A DNA stretch of 61,602 bases, the filler included, from Basidiobolus ranarum (lineage: Eukaryota): NCBI GenBank assembly GCA_040143965.1. It is 11 parts of 11 records of this genome, joined end to end, with 100 filler letters (N's around TTAATTAATTAA, not from the genome) between each part and the next. Parts side by side here need not be neighbours in the genome. Positions count along the whole stretch, not along the records: positions 44,911 to 50,414 come from JASJQH010008454.1; positions 50,515 to 56,009 come from JASJQH010008455.1; positions 56,110 to 61,602 come from JASJQH010008456.1; 8 more parts are not named here. One strand, given 5' to 3'. Below the pieces are notes generated by a model, which was not told where the DNA came from, ran no database searches, and was given only the letters and a program-made list of their open reading frames with translations. Shown here in pieces: positions 47,912 to 61,592 of the stretch. Within the stretch, counting starts at the first letter, position 1. The number at the start of each line of letters is the position of its first letter. The translations under genes were made by a program, and so were the position numbers.

Positions 47912-49545
47912 GTTAACTCATGTTGCTATGAAAAGAATAAATGAAAAGTAAACACTTGAACTTGGCATTTAAGGCCTTTAGTGCTAAGCGCAAGAGACTA
48001 AGAAGAGCAGAGCAGCTTAAGTAACACAGATCTGCCAAACATATCAAAGTGAAGGAGCTGGAGGACACTATCTAATGCATTATATTCTACTAATACTCTT
48101 ACAAGGACAATTTTACCTGATTGCACTAATGCATAGCAGAATTTGTTTTTGGAACAATGGAGAGTCAGTAAAGCTATAGAAAGAATACAAAAGCTAGTAA
48201 AATCAATTGAAATAACAGCTCAGCATGGTTCAAAACTTTGGAAAATGTTCCTATGCTAGGTCTGTCAAAGATAAAGCTATGGCTTATTATACAAGTGCCT
48301 TCTACACGTCAATGGAAGGATCATAATGAAATTTATTTAGATTTAATGGAGACGGAGGAATGCTTCACGCCGAATTCATGAGCTAGTAACCATACGAGGA
48401 ATACTTTCCGCATGTTCTCCAAGATGAAGCGTACTGGGTCCATGTGTGCCTCTTCAACTTTTGTAGTGGTGGATGTTTTCATGATGTCAAGTTTTTATGT
48501 GAAGCGTTTGAAGCTGACTACAACTGTGCTTTGTCATCATGAAACAATCAACAAAGTGATAATTGATGTATTTCCCATAGTTGTACCCATAATTGTACCC
48601 GCAAATGCACGATTATGGTTTATTGTCATGAGATTCGTTTACATCAATTATGATCCAAGCAATCCGAAGCAATCTCATATTCGTTGATTTCCAGGAGAAA
48701 TAGTACAGGCCTGGTTCATTTCGATTGACAAAAAATTAACTCATTACATATATGAAAATCCATAGCATCAAGGAATATGTCACATAAACAGGGCCACAAG
48801 TCAAGGTCACCTGGGCAAATGAAGTTTTGTTTATTTACATTTCTGAGAAAGTACTATTGAATGCCGCGTCAAAGGTTCTAACGATTAGGTAAACTGGTTT
48901 TGGAATGGTAGGTCAATATCTGATAGATATCTAGGTATAATGTGGTTTGCTATCTCGTGAGATGGCCACAGGAAATTTATTCTCATCTTTCTCTCAATTG
49001 AATAGAAATTCATTTTTTATTTAACCGAAGATTTAGCCGAGGGATTTCTCAGTGGGATTCAAGGGAGGACGGAATCTATGTGTCACCAAATTGCTTCCAC
49101 ATCGATTCAATTCAAACACCACTTTCGCAATATGTTACTTGGACATTCCGAGTACAGATTCAATATGCTACTTTCTCACTAATTCAGACAAGTAGTATTG
49201 AGCCAATTCATCTTGGACGAGCATTCACATGCCACTCGATTGTTGTGGCTGGTTAGAGACATTATTTCAAAATGGGATTTGTTTGTGTACAGTAACATCT
49301 ATCCAGGAGTCAAGGGGTCTGGAGAAGTATTCCTCTAGTATGATTACACTTCATTAAATTTGCATGAGATGTTTTGTCATATTTCCTGATACGTCACTTT
49401 AAACCTGAATAGTAGTTGTATAGCAGTTACCTGCATAGAGGGTGTGTTGATTCATTGATAGTGCGAGAGTGTTAGATGAAACTAGATCAATAATGTCTCA
49501 CGTCGCTTGTGAGTTAATCTCACATTACTCAACCATTAATAGCAC

Positions 49546-49631
49546 GTGTCAGTATTTATCTCGCACTATTTGTGTCAGTATTTATCTCGCACTATTTGTG
49601 TCAGTATCTATCTCGCACTATTTGTGTCAGT
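49546..49631 (+). repeat. 26-nt tandem repeat GTGTCAGTATTTATCTCGCACTATTT x3.3
   Basis: Copies at 49546, 49572, 49598 (one substitution) and a partial copy at 49624. Confidence 0.93.
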
Positions 49632-50223
49632 CATAGTACTGACTTTAATATTGATCGTATTCAACGAGTTATTGCCAATACTGTACCTATCCATGAGTTC
49701 AATTTAGAAATGACTACGAGCAGAAAAAGAGATGATAAGATCATTGCTAAATAGTAGATACTATGCCCATCAAACATCTATAATAGAGAACACGTGAGCC
49801 AGATATTGGAATACCCTAAGGAATGGCCACTCGTTCTATACACTAAGTAGTTTATGTATAGTTTATAACGCTAAGAAAGGACCAAACACGTAGGAATCAG
49901 TGAGAACAATCGGTGAGAGTGGATTTAAGATTAAGAGGACAAATTCACATAGAGTTTAGTGTTAAGAGGATTAATTCACATAGAGTGTAAACCTTATTTC
50001 TAAGGACTGACTCATCATTTAACCTGATGAACGATCACTGTATTCAAAATCTGAACTTAATACGGACAAGAATAACCAAGTAGATGACCTATGTTTCTCA
50101 TGGTCGGGTGAGGTTTGACATGTTACCCCTAGCATGTGTGCAAAGAAGCTAATGGAGCTATAAATAAGGTGCTGCTTGCACACTCTATACTCAAGTTACA
50201 TTTGTTTGTCATTGAAGTTGCAA

Positions 50224-50391
50224 ATGTCCCAAATCTTCGGTCCAGAAAGCGAGAAAAATGCTCACCCAATTACCGTAGCAACCAAGGATGATTCTGTAAA
50301 TCATGTTACTTCTTCCAATCGTGTTATTGCATTCATTCAATGGCACTACGGCACTACCACTAATAACAGGACCCCCGAACAGATCGAGAAA
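50224..50391 (+). CDS. Probable first exon of an unidentified gene (3' cut)
   Basis: TATAAATA about 60 nt upstream; CAAATGTCC start context; open frame MSQIFGPESEK...TPEQIEK ending at a GTACGT donor. Confidence 0.5.
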
Positions 50392-50514
50392 GTACGTTAT
50401 CTTTACGGGAATGTNNNNNNNNNNNNNNNNNNNNNNNNNNNNNNNNNNNNNNNNNNNNTTAATTAATTAANNNNNNNNNNNNNNNNNNNNNNNNNNNNNN
50501 NNNNNNNNNNNNNN

Positions 50515-51278
50515 ATAGTTAGGTGTATAAAGATAGGGATTACATATATGATAAAGACAATAAACTTCAACAAAAACAACAAAATGTTGTATTATCAACT
50601 ATGGAAGCAGAATATATGGCAAGCTCTGTGGCTGTGCTAGAAGCTATATGGGTAAGGAGTCTGCTCAAGGAACTAGGATATGATCAAGTTAATCCTACCC
50701 CAATATATCAAGATAATATTAGTTGTATTCAGATCACCAAAAATCCTGAGCATCAATCAAGAATGTAACATATTGATATAAGACACCATTTTATATGAGA
50801 GAAAGTTCAAGACAAAGAAGTCAACTTTATTTATCATAATAGTGAAAACATGCTTGTTGATATACTAACAAAACCACTCAAAACTTCAAGCTTTGAAGAG
50901 TTAAGAGCAGGAATAGGCATTAGTGAATATTGGCACACTGCTGAGTAAGAATTAAGGGAAGATGTTGGATAATTAATCATTATTCAACATCCTAGTTAAC
51001 TTTAGTTATGATACATACATAACAAACAGAAAGCAACATATCTATAGCACCTATATTCTAAATAGGAATATCTCTATATCTTTATAACAAGTATGTCTTA
51101 TTACCCCCACTTATCTATTATATCTTCTTACACAAACTCCTGAATATCTCAAACAATTGATTTACTTCACTACTATATAAGTCACCATATTCTCTTAAAA
51201 ATAAAGTAACCAAAAACACTATCATAAGTTGCCTCTAATATACTAAGTCTAACCCTACTATATCAAGATCCTCCAACA
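50515..51278 (+). mobile_element. Copia family C 3' end (RNase H, PPT, LTR 50963-51278), preceded by a family D LTR terminus (50515-50572)
   Basis: KQQNVVLSTMEAEYMA; IYQDNISCI; HIDIRHHFI; MLVDILTKPL; PPT AAGAATTAAGGGAAGA; LTR TGTTGG...CCAACA. Confidence 0.92.
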
Positions 51279-51481
51279 CCTATTAATGCAGTTAAGAATA
51301 GGATTGGTAGGATAGAGATTACTAAAGCGATTGGACCTCCTGCCATTATTTTCCAAGTGAAAGTAGATACTATTTTTAATAGTGTATGTCCAGCTATACA
51401 ATTAGCAGCTAATCGCACACCTAGACTTACTCCTCTTGCTAAATAAGATATTAATTCGATTACTACTAGTAAAGGTACTAA
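51279..51481 (-). pseudogene. atp6: Nuclear copy of a mitochondrial atp6 fragment (NUMT)
   Basis: Translates without stops as LVPLLVVIELISYLARGVSLGVRLAANCIAGHTLLKIVSTFTWKIMAGG...LTALIG, the ATP synthase subunit a core (SLGxRLxANxxAGH). TTA/GTA/GCT codon usage is mitochondrial-like. Confidence 0.92.
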
Positions 51482-51488
51482 ATGTGAA

Positions 51489-51807
51489 TGTTGAAATTAT
51501 CATTGCCTAAACACCAATATAGTCATATATAGCTTAGTACTTAGTTATCTTATATTGAACTAAGATATTACCCAATATTCTCAATTGGAATTTACTCAGA
51601 AGTTCTCAGATATATAGATTTTTCAAAGAAGCCCCAAACTTAGTACACATATTCCTGGGACCTTCTTTAACACATTCTACATGTCAGTTTGCTTACATCT
51701 TGACAATAGTATAAATGTCAACTTTCTACTCAATAAATCAACAAGTGAAAACCACCAATTCCCTAATTCTCCAAACCACCTCCAACGGGCTCCCATATAC
51801 TTTACTA
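51489..51807 (+). mobile_element. Family B LTR, with small internal deletions
   Basis: Starts TGTTGAAATTATCATTGCC; aligns to 21899-22244; 3' end degenerate; no TSD seen. Confidence 0.85.
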
Positions 51808-53271
51808 TCATTATCATGAAGTAGGAAAACTTTCAAAATTAAAATTTTCACAATCAGATTAATGAGTTTTACACTTGAAGTAGTAACTATATGAGAATTG
51901 AGAGGAGCTGCGTACAAGCTTTTTCTGATATCACTACATAATGTACTTAAGGATGTTCAAATTGAGCATTTACTGCTTTCATTTATGGTATATATTAGAT
52001 AGTTGCAGTGAGATCCTAAAACGTGATATTGAAACTGCTAAAGGGAATATGTGGTAAATATGGCGAAAAAATGTTTTGCATATTTGATAGTGGATATTTC
52101 GTATTAACGTATCAGGTGATTCCTGTATGAATTCGTTTGGTATCGGCACAGGTGCATGTCTACTTCAATTTCACCTCAGCTGATTAATAATCTACCCACA
52201 GATATAAGCAGTATGTAATAAGCGGTAGTAAATGTGGTTCTGACATTCAGCTTGTAGAATGCATTGCAGCCCAAACAAGACAAGCAATACCTGTCACGCA
52301 AGCTCAGGCTGCAGCAATTTCAGATCTTACGTATCTGGTCATTTATCAATATGAAATACAAGCACATGATTCTAATAGACACTACAGACATATATATATA
52401 GCAGTCACGGATTTAATCATTACATCGAGAATGCCTTAGTCAGCCTCTGTCGCATACAGTCAGCTCGATCTTGAGCACCGTGTGAGAAAATGGTGACTAA
52501 ACTATTTGCTGATTCGAAACTCGTGGCATGCTGACTCTTAAACAATCACAAATTACTTCTTTAAATATATGTATATAGCACATAACTACGTGTAGTAATT
52601 GCGGGCGGTCGGCTACTAAAGTTTGACGGAATAAACTAATCTATACTGTTAGAAGAATCATTGGTTTGGACTCGTACCATTGGTACAGCGTGCTCGATAA
52701 AGAGAAATTTAGAGGCTGGCAGAGTACTTAGCGGTCATGAAGTCGGCATGTTCTATTGGCTGTGATTCTCCTAATGACCAACAGAAAACTTATTCCAGCA
52801 AAGTCTTGTTGATAGAGTTGTTGGTGTGAAAGATGCTGATGCTGTGCTAGAAACTCAACAAGCCACATAATTCCAGCACTTTTAAGAGGATTGCTTCCTA
52901 TCATGTGAAACAACTGCTAATATAGCCCATTCCATAACGTGCGTTTATGTATTCCAGCACTTCGACAAAAACTAGAAATTGGCTACAATCCCTTTTTTTG
53001 GAAGCAAGGTATTGGCTACTTTTCATAACTTCATAGTGTGGCTTGAATTCTCAGCACTTGCATGTTACTATCGATATGAAATCACGTGATAAAGCTGAAT
53101 ATATACAAATATATACATAAAACGGCTAAGCCCTGCCTGCCAAAGCAGCCAACCATCTCTCTAGTTTTGGTTACCCCGGTGGCTGTGGCTTTTGTAGCAC
53201 TAACGAATAGTTAAATTATCAATCCCCTATTATCAACTAGAACAAGCAACTTGGTTCTTCAACATTCTCCT

Positions 53272-53901
53272 ATGTCCAACGCTAATTCACCAGCCCTCAA
53301 CACTAACACCTCAATGCAAACCCACATCTCAAATCCCTCAACTACAACGGTAGCCACTGTTGCACTCACCACTAGTTTCGAGGAAATTCAGAATGAACTA
53401 AAGAAGGCCTTAGATAACATCGAGCAAGGAGCGATCCTTAAAGCCTTTGAGGTTCTTGTAAGCATAACTGACGTAGTTGTAACCAACTGTGAAGGATTAG
53501 GTTTTGTTGCTTGAAAATATTCGTGGTACTTCTCAATAAGTTAGTTAAACTTTAGGAATAAGTATCTTTTAGGCTTAACAAGTGACGAGGCACCTTTCAA
53601 TGTATATGATCGTGAAGGCTTCTGGCAAGGAATTAACCACTGCTGGCTATATGCGCTATCTCGAACTACCACAGCCAAAAGTGATAAAGATCAATTGCGT
53701 GAAACCCATCTATTTCACCTCAGAGACTCGGTTATTGCATGGTGTGACATTTTAGAGAGGTATGGACTTGTTGATTATGAAATGGGATTTTGGGAGCTTG
53801 ACATATTGGAGGCGATTGAAACAAGCATGTTGGCAGCTAATAATATCAGAATAGACGGAAATTTGTCAGACAATAGTACAATCACTACCGAGTCTGTATA
53901 G
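53272..53901 (+). CDS. Hypothetical fungal protein; exons 53272-53500, 53573-53901
   Basis: In-frame splice NCEGL|GLTSD. Helical domain with FWQGINHCWL and CDILERYGLVDYEMGFWE, resembling an uncharacterised fungal motif (GLVDYxMGxWE). Confidence 0.8.
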
Positions 53902-55436
53902 CAATCAGTTGATAAAACTAAAGAAGTAATTGAAACATTTCTGACAATTCTTGTGCACCTTTGTGTTTTTACCATATGTTCATTCTCTTCAGTTACTTTT
54001 GCCAACATTACCCCGTATAGCTGACGAGTAGGACGGGCATAATGCGAGGCCAAAGATTATCCAGAGTTATCAATCTCAATAATACTGAATCCACTGCACT
54101 CCTGGTTTAGTCACCCTGTCTTGAAGGCCTGGGAAGCCGCGCTAATTCATCGATTTGCTATAAGGCAGCCATAAGCCCATCAGCCTTCACAGTGCGTTCT
54201 CTGATACATCACCCATGGTTTCTTGTGATACCATTCGTTGAGTACTTCTGGTTTTGACGAAGAGTATGCTTTGCAATGAGCCTTTCGTCACCAAGACATC
54301 TATAACGTAGACCACTGGACGCCATTAATGCAAGTGAAGGTCATTGGGCTCTGAAGTCGACGGTTGGTGTCGAAAGTCGCATCCGGTTAAAAATGGACTT
54401 ACATGAGTCACTGTACGGATTTGGTTGGCTGTATGCTTACGATAATTGGGATAACGTGACGGCTGAGATAAATCCCCACCGGTAGTAATCTTCAGACATT
54501 GCTAGCGTTGGTGGTTCTTTGACAGGTGCGTCTCCGCGAAAGTTAGCGCATCCTTTTCCTCCACGTTATATCTCCGTCCACAAGTCGTGTTACCTCCTAG
54601 AGACATAGACTTGGGCATTCACCACCTGTAATCTCCAGGTGCTGTGTGAAGCATAGGAAGACAAGCTGCCTAGACTGGCCAAACACGATAGGAATCTCCA
54701 TTTTAGCTGATTTCTGGATTGTAATGGGATACGGCTTATTCTTCCGGCAATATTGCCGAATCAAGATCCCCAGAATTGATCATAATCAACCCTATATTTG
54801 CCATTCACAGTCATCCAGTCAAGTCTAATTCTCGCTCATCTGATCCAATCAAACATCCTGCCTTTGTCAACAATTTGGCGATATTTGCTTAAATTAGAAC
54901 AAAGCCTAGTCACACATGACTGAATTTCCTCAACACCCTTCAGCTTGACCTGATGTTAACAATCAAGTTGCCTGTATTAAGGTGACCTAAACGGATCGCT
55001 CTGTTCTGACTGTCAGAACCCGAATTCAATAAACTTAGATCGCAATTATTCCATCTTGCATATATTCTCATCTGCTTTCTATTTTAGACTATAATTCGAG
55101 ATTTCTTCATTTCCTCTACTGCCAATGGATGTAGCTCATCCGGTTATGCTCGCTCATTATAATTATTCAATGTTTCTCTGAGTTCGTATTATTATTATTT
55201 CCTTTTGAGTGGCATCTTTGAAATAGTTTTTCTTTGTACGCAAACTATTTGACTTGATCGAGTGCTGATAACAACCTGTTTCATTCATATTCTTGATATA
55301 CAACCAAACCGCATCGCCTTATTTTATCCTTCTACTGCTTCTTGAAAGTCTACTCTCTTACTATTTTTACTCGCTCGAGTCCTGGTGTCAAGTGGACTAT
55401 AGTTAATAATCCCTTTAGACCCGTTCAGTCATCCGG

Positions 55437-56009
55437 ATGGAAGAGGTACAACAACTTCTTACGAAGGCTCTAGTCAGCCAAGAGGATGGCGTATATGAGG
55501 TACATTCATAAGATTCAGTTTTACAGCTCATTAAGTTCACTTGACTCATGTTGCTTAACTGAATTGTAGGATGCCTATTTTTTGTATTTACATGCCCTAG
55601 AGGTAGCTTCCAACATCTTAAAGTCTGTGGTTTTCGAGAACCAAGGTAAACAGCCCATAATGGTTGTTGACAATTCCACGCATACTAAGTTACTCACTTC
55701 CTTCTCTCTAGTGATTATAAAAAAGCCCCGGTTGGTCAATCATCTATTTGAATCATGTCAAAAATCTGTGGCCGGAGCCCAAGCAATTGCTCAGAGTCAT
55801 TTGATGAATATTAACACTCAAAGGCTGGCCTCTCCACTTTCCCCCCAACCATTATCATCATCACCCCAACAGAGCCTTGATGAAGAAGTGGAGGTACTTA
55901 CATATCAAACATGTACACCAAGAAAGCGAACGGTTAGAACAAAACATCTGAAAAGACTCGCCATAGTTCATGACGATTTTCAGCCTTTACCGGTGTTTAG
56001 CGATGAAAA
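55437..56009 (+). CDS. Protein with MIT-like N-terminus (VPS9D1-like by pattern), 3' partial; introns 55500-55569 and probably 55646-55711
   Basis: Spliced MEEVQQLLTKALVSQEDGVYE|DAYFLYLHALEVASNIL fits the MIT pattern A...D..G.Y..A...Y..AL. Confidence 0.6.
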
Positions 56010-57404
56010 NNNNNNNNNNNNNNNNNNNNNNNNNNNNNNNNNNNNNNNNNNNNTTAATTAATTAANNNNNNNNNNNNNNNNNNNNNNNNNNNNNNNNNNN
56101 NNNNNNNNNCTTTCGAATTCTCTCCCTACAAATCTCTCATGACTCGCATCCTTAGCGAAGATAATATTCTCAAAGGCCAATCCTCTTTTGTCGCCGAAAT
56201 GTCCGATTAGCGATGGGGATTTGGCAATATATGTTTTCGTATGTTGCGGAGTATTTTTCTCCGGCGATTTTCCACTTCCTTTCTAGCGATCTGATAGCGA
56301 TGTTTTTCCATAGGATGCTCCTATTCTTTCACTACCTGATATGATGCTTAGTGATTACGGTACATTCTCACTTAACCTTTACGTACATGACCTTTAACAC
56401 GGTCGTGGCTAGCCCTGTGAGATCTGATGAGTCTACATTTATGGATACCAAGTGGAAGCCGACATGAGCTAGCCCCAAGGCTGTGAGTAAAAAGTCACCT
56501 CAATGTTGGAGCTAATAATTAGAAGTGTAAATATTGTATGTATAACACAAGTGCCCAGATTTGAGGTGCTCTAAAATTATTCAAATGTTTATGTTGTTGG
56601 GAGCATCTTCCTCCAGTTTTTTGGACATCATCTTGCACATTCTAGGCTTGTTTGCATAGCATTCCTAAGAAACATTCAGAGTGCTACATATGCATGGCCA
56701 ACTATGGTTTCCTTCCAAGTAGTGTTTCGATAAGTCGCTTACAATAGAGGGGGTGGGGAGCTTAACTTGATTCATAGGGCATTTGTTTTTTATGCTTCAC
56801 CTACTACAAGTATCTATAGTTTTGATATGGATATCTGTTTCACTTCATTATCAGGCATCCGGCTTCTCTACATATCCTTGTATGTCCCACTACCATAAAC
56901 CTGTACGATCACTTTATCTTGGATCTCCATAGTCGGTTAGTAGGAATTTATGGTGCTTAGTATGTAGCTACATCAATAAGGTTCCTTCAATGAAAGCGAT
57001 GTCGCAAATTTGAAGGTGTTAGAAGTGCATCACTGCTGCAAATGAATTAACGAATAGTATTCACGTAACTATAGTAAATAACGTCAAATAGGTATTAACG
57101 TAGTGGTTGATATCAGTTATCTTATTTCGATCTCCAGTGAATTATCAGATGACAAGTATTAGTTGAATCATCCAATTTCCACACAATATTGCCAATCATC
57201 AAGCCAAAATTTCGTATTTTTGAGTCCGGAAAAATTCTCGTTCAGATTAGTCATATTATGGGGGCGGGGGATAAGAATTTAGATTTAATGGTTTACTATG
57301 AATGGACACTGTAATCAGATGAGAATATGTCGATCTGACAACAGTATTTATATTTCTCCATAGTTAATTTCCACCTTTACTTCGTGAAAAGAGAATTTAG
57401 AAAA

Positions 57405-58137
57405 ATGAGTGAGCACACTTCAAGCACCACTTCTCCTTTACTTGGCCCCACTACCGTCACTGAAAACCCGTCCAGGTTTGGCTTGGCCTACGCAGGGATT
57501 CAAGTACTGTTGCTCATTTTTCTCATTGGCGTAGTAGGGATTGTTGCTAATGCCAAGTGGATGCTTTTTTCGTGGCATCCGATTCTCATGTCTTTGTGTT
57601 TAGTGCTCATATCAGAAGGTAGGGTTTCTTTATTTCCATTAGCGATTCAAAGACTTCTCAGCTTACTCGTATACCTTTGAAATAGCGGTACTAATCCTCC
57701 AAAAAACCACTTCTCAAACCAAGCCCACCGCGGCCATTGGACATCGTTATATTATGTTTGGAGTTGGCTTGCTAGGAGTGGCCGGAGTTTCCATAATCTA
57801 TATCAACAAAGCTGTGAATGGCAAACCACATTTCACCTCTTGGCATGGTAAGCTGGGATTGACGGCTGCTTTATTGATTCTTGGACAAATCCTATTTGGA
57901 TTGACTCTACACTATTTTCCCAATCTTTTTGGGAATCTGGGTCAAGCAAGAAGATTATACAAACGCCATAGACTATTCGGGTATTTTATCTTTTCCTTGA
58001 TGTGGATTAACTCTTTGCTCGGAACTCAAGCTGATTGGATGGTCAGTCAATTCCCTAAATCATGGATATGGTATCCGGTCATTATACTGATTTTGCTGGG
58101 ATTATGGAGCCGAGTGAAATTATCCACATTGAAATGA
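57405..58137 (+). CDS. Cytochrome b561 domain protein; exons 57405-57618, 57686-58137
   Basis: Four spaced heme-ligand histidines (FSWHPILM, IGHRYI, HFTSWHGKLG, YKRHRLFG) within TM helices. Confidence 0.92.
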
Positions 58138-59768
58138 TTGAATACGAAGCGGCGCGATTTGTAGGCTTTTTATTAAGAAATCTCTAGCAATTTGCTACTT
58201 AACTGCATCGATTACATGGACACCAGATAATATGTGATATACTTATCAAATCACTAGAATAAACTTTACCTTGCAGAGTAGAATCCCAGTGTTTGAGCGG
58301 TGTCCGTTTTGTATATAGATAAAGCACTAACATGAAACCATGAGTAGTTATGGTGTTGGACATGTAAAGTGTTCCTACCCAACCCAAGGTTCCCAGCCGA
58401 TTGAATCCAAGTATGTTTGAGTGGACCCTGAGATGATAGCACTGATATTAACCCACCCTACGAAGCTTTTTCTGACTAAAGCGAACTCTATAGGACACAT
58501 TGGTAGAAACTCTGCCTCAAGAAGGGAATCTTTAAGTCAAACCATCACTTCCCAATATAATATACTCCACTCAATCTATAGTGATAGACTTGTACTTCAT
58601 CTATTGACTGAGCCGGAAGCAGGCTCACTTTGCACACATGTTAACTCCAATGAGGGAGATTCAATGGACCAAAAGCGTAATAAACTGTTGCTGCTTATGG
58701 AAATAGAGATGGGGATATGGAAATGGAAATGGAGATGAAGATGGAAATGGAAATGAAACAGCTCTTGATTGGTATCATTACCGTGGCTCCAGCTGAGTTA
58801 CCGCTTAAATACTTGGAAGGCTAGGCGAGTTTCATTGATTTCCTAGAATTCATTACAATTATACTCCGATGGCGTGGGAGACTTTATGGATGGAGCGTAG
58901 ACAGATCAAGTGTCTTACGTTCGTTCAACCATATCAGTTGCTTGATGTTCCCTTTCAAGAAACCCAGGAGACATACCCTTTGATAACTCCACTCCAAGCT
59001 TGCACATGAGAAACATCTATCCAGGGGTAAAGGAGTTCACTACCCATCACAACAGAATTTAATATAGTATGATAGATGCAATGCGGTACGGTGCGAGTGA
59101 AGTATTGACAGGAGGTCAACCAAGCCTAGCCATCACACTTGCTAATCAACACAAACGTGTGACTCCGGGCGAGTTTTCTATCTGAGTGCTCTAACCTAGT
59201 CAGCGATAAGCAAATTAGTGGTGGTGGCGATGCAGGACCATCATACTCGACATGATTCCAACGAAAATAGTGAAGAGGTGAAATGTAGGAGCGCTTTCTC
59301 CATGTTGCCATGGGTTACCTCCACAACCAGATTTAGCATTCGATCCAGCTCCAATCCTATCCCCTATTACGCCCTCTCCATAAGTTTCATTTGTGTTTTA
59401 AGGAAATAAAATGGGGAGACTTTCTCACTTATATATCGAACCCTGTTGTTGCCACATACTATCAGTTTCGGTACTGTTTTTTTTACCTCACCATCTTGTT
59501 AGAATCACTAAGACTTGTCTTGTTAGTGAAACTCTTAGAAGGTCAAGATTTTCATAAAATACTCGTTTCATTCATACTTGGTTTATTCTTCAGTGCAGAA
59601 ACAACGGCGTTGGTTGTCACTCTCCAACTTGCGAAACTCTATTCAAACTCTCGCCTTACCAAGGGCCTATACCCAAGAACCACCTTACCAGCTATTAGAG
59701 GAAAAGCCTCTGACTAACCGAAACCGAATACAAGCCTAGAGTAAAGGGAAAAACTATACGACAAAAGT

Positions 59769-60452
59769 ATGGAGCTTCTTAGTGAACACGAAAACAGTCT
59801 ATTATTAAATAATAAGATATTGAACCGGATTAATAAGCTATCTCGAAGTCAGTTAGAAACTTTGCTCATTAAAGCGAGTCATAAGCATACAGATGTTCGT
59901 CAACTCATCCTTTATTCAACTGAACCTTTCGGGCAAAAACCTCGAACCACTAGAGATGTTGACGAATTAATCGCATGGTACGAACAATTCCACTGTCCTG
60001 AGTTAAGTACCACCACACGCTTTACCCTGTTGACTTCCATAACCCTGTCCATTACCAAGTCACCGAAATCATTTGGCTTACTTCAAAGTGGGTATTTCTC
60101 TATTTGCACCGATAGAGAAAGATATCAACTAAAGCGAGAGAAGTTTGTCAACATATTGGGAGAGAAATGGAAATGCTATTGGATTAAATATGGTAAAGAA
60201 CTTGGTGAAGCTATGAACTATCAAAAAGCTGACTGGATAAAGACCATTGAGCTATTCAAACGTTGGGAAACTTGTTTGAAGGAACAAAACCTCACTTTTG
60301 GTAATGTTTACGAGATAAGGGTAATACTGGAAACCCTTAAAGAAAATATGCAGACTTACTATAGCAAAAAAGTTCTGGATATTGACACAGATTCCGAAAC
60401 TTCTTCACTAACAGCAACTACAAACTCCGATATATCTTCCGGTACTATTTAG
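59769..60452 (+). CDS. Hypothetical protein, 227 aa, single exon
   Basis: ATG-initiated 684-nt ORF with protein-like composition; no motif recognised. Confidence 0.6.
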   Translation: MELLSEHENSLLLNNKILNRINKLSRSQLETLLIKASHKHTDVRQLILYSTEPFGQKPRTTRDVDELIAWYEQFHCPELSTTTRFTLLTSITLSITKSPKSFGLLQSGYFSICTDRERYQLKREKFVNILGEKWKCYWIKYGKELGEAMNYQKADWIKTIELFKRWETCLKEQNLTFGNVYEIRVILETLKENMQTYYSKKVLDIDTDSETSSLTATTNSDISSGTI

Positions 60453-61177
60453 CCTTCCTTGTATTTCACCTTTTGTTGTAAATCCTTAGTTGCATACATG
60501 TTAAATGTATTAATTGATGTACGTTTATTTCTGTTAACATTGGACGGAATGTATGTAAATCTGTTCTCTATTAAAGATAATTCAACCTGACCCCAATGTG
60601 TCAAGCTAGGAACACTCACAGGAAAAGTAAGATTCTATGGTAGGAGAGAGATGTTCAAAAAATGGCTAGGAAAGCACTCATGCTTTTGGTTCATCAGCGA
60701 CTATGCAGAACTTTTTGAGACTGTTTTCAATTATTTATATTAAGTAATACTAATTTGACCATGTTGGACAAGTTCCAATAAGACCTCTATCCAATAAACC
60801 TATCACCGCCAAAACGATCTGAAGCCAAAGCAAAATATTGGAAGGATCAGTTGATAGGCAGGATAACAACCAGCTTTCACTAGGTTCCGTGATGTTAGTA
60901 ACAACACATTATCAAGATGCTCACTCTACATATAACCGTGACCTTGTTCTCACTCTGGTCAACTATATTTGTCATTCAAATAGTATGAACCATTTCTAAT
61001 TGAATTAATCGATCAAGAAATTTTTCAATTTTTTTTCTTCCAACGGAAGATCTATCATATTTATGGAGATTTTGTGATTACGCGCGTCAATAGAGTTTTG
61101 GGAGATATTGTAAAATTTAGAGAACTGTGTACGTTCTAATTTAACGTTACTTTAGTCACGCCCACTTTGTAGAAACA

Positions 61178-61592
61178 ATGGCTTCGGTAAGCAATCGACC
61201 TTCTATCCAAGCTACTCTCCGATAGAATGATTTAATACTTACTTGTATTTTGGAATCTAGTTTGCTCCTGTTAATCCACGTCCTTACTTACAAGAACTTA
61301 CTGGGAAACCAGTGATCGTTCACCTTAAATGGGGAACTGAGTATAAGGGTTTCTTGGTTTCTGTAGATTCTTACATGAACATTCAACTGGCTAACACTGA
61401 GGAGTTTACCGATGGAGCCTCTACTGGTGCTCTCGGCGAGGTTTTGATCAGGTTTGTAACGTTTCTGTGGAATTTTTTTTGCACGGTCGATTATCAGTTT
61501 CAAAGTATTAAACTAACACGTAACTTTACCTTGACTTCAGATGTAATAATGTGCTATACATCCGCGGTGTAGAAGAAGAAATGGAACAGTAG
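61178..61592 (+). CDS. SMX3: Small nuclear ribonucleoprotein SmF; exons 61178-61186, 61261-61451, 61541-61592
   Basis: [76 protein letters not shown]. Confidence 0.97.

Noticed and set aside
49546..49631. 26-nt array as a CRISPR or telomere
   Set aside because: No spacers, only 3.3 copies and internal to the contig; an ordinary minisatellite.
54060..54800. GC-richer stretch as a hidden gene
   Set aside because: The frames I translated are interrupted and show no recognisable motif.
58697..58758. ATGGAA-type hexamer repeat and ORF 58421-58738
   Set aside because: Low-complexity simple repeat; the ORF has no recognisable coding signal.
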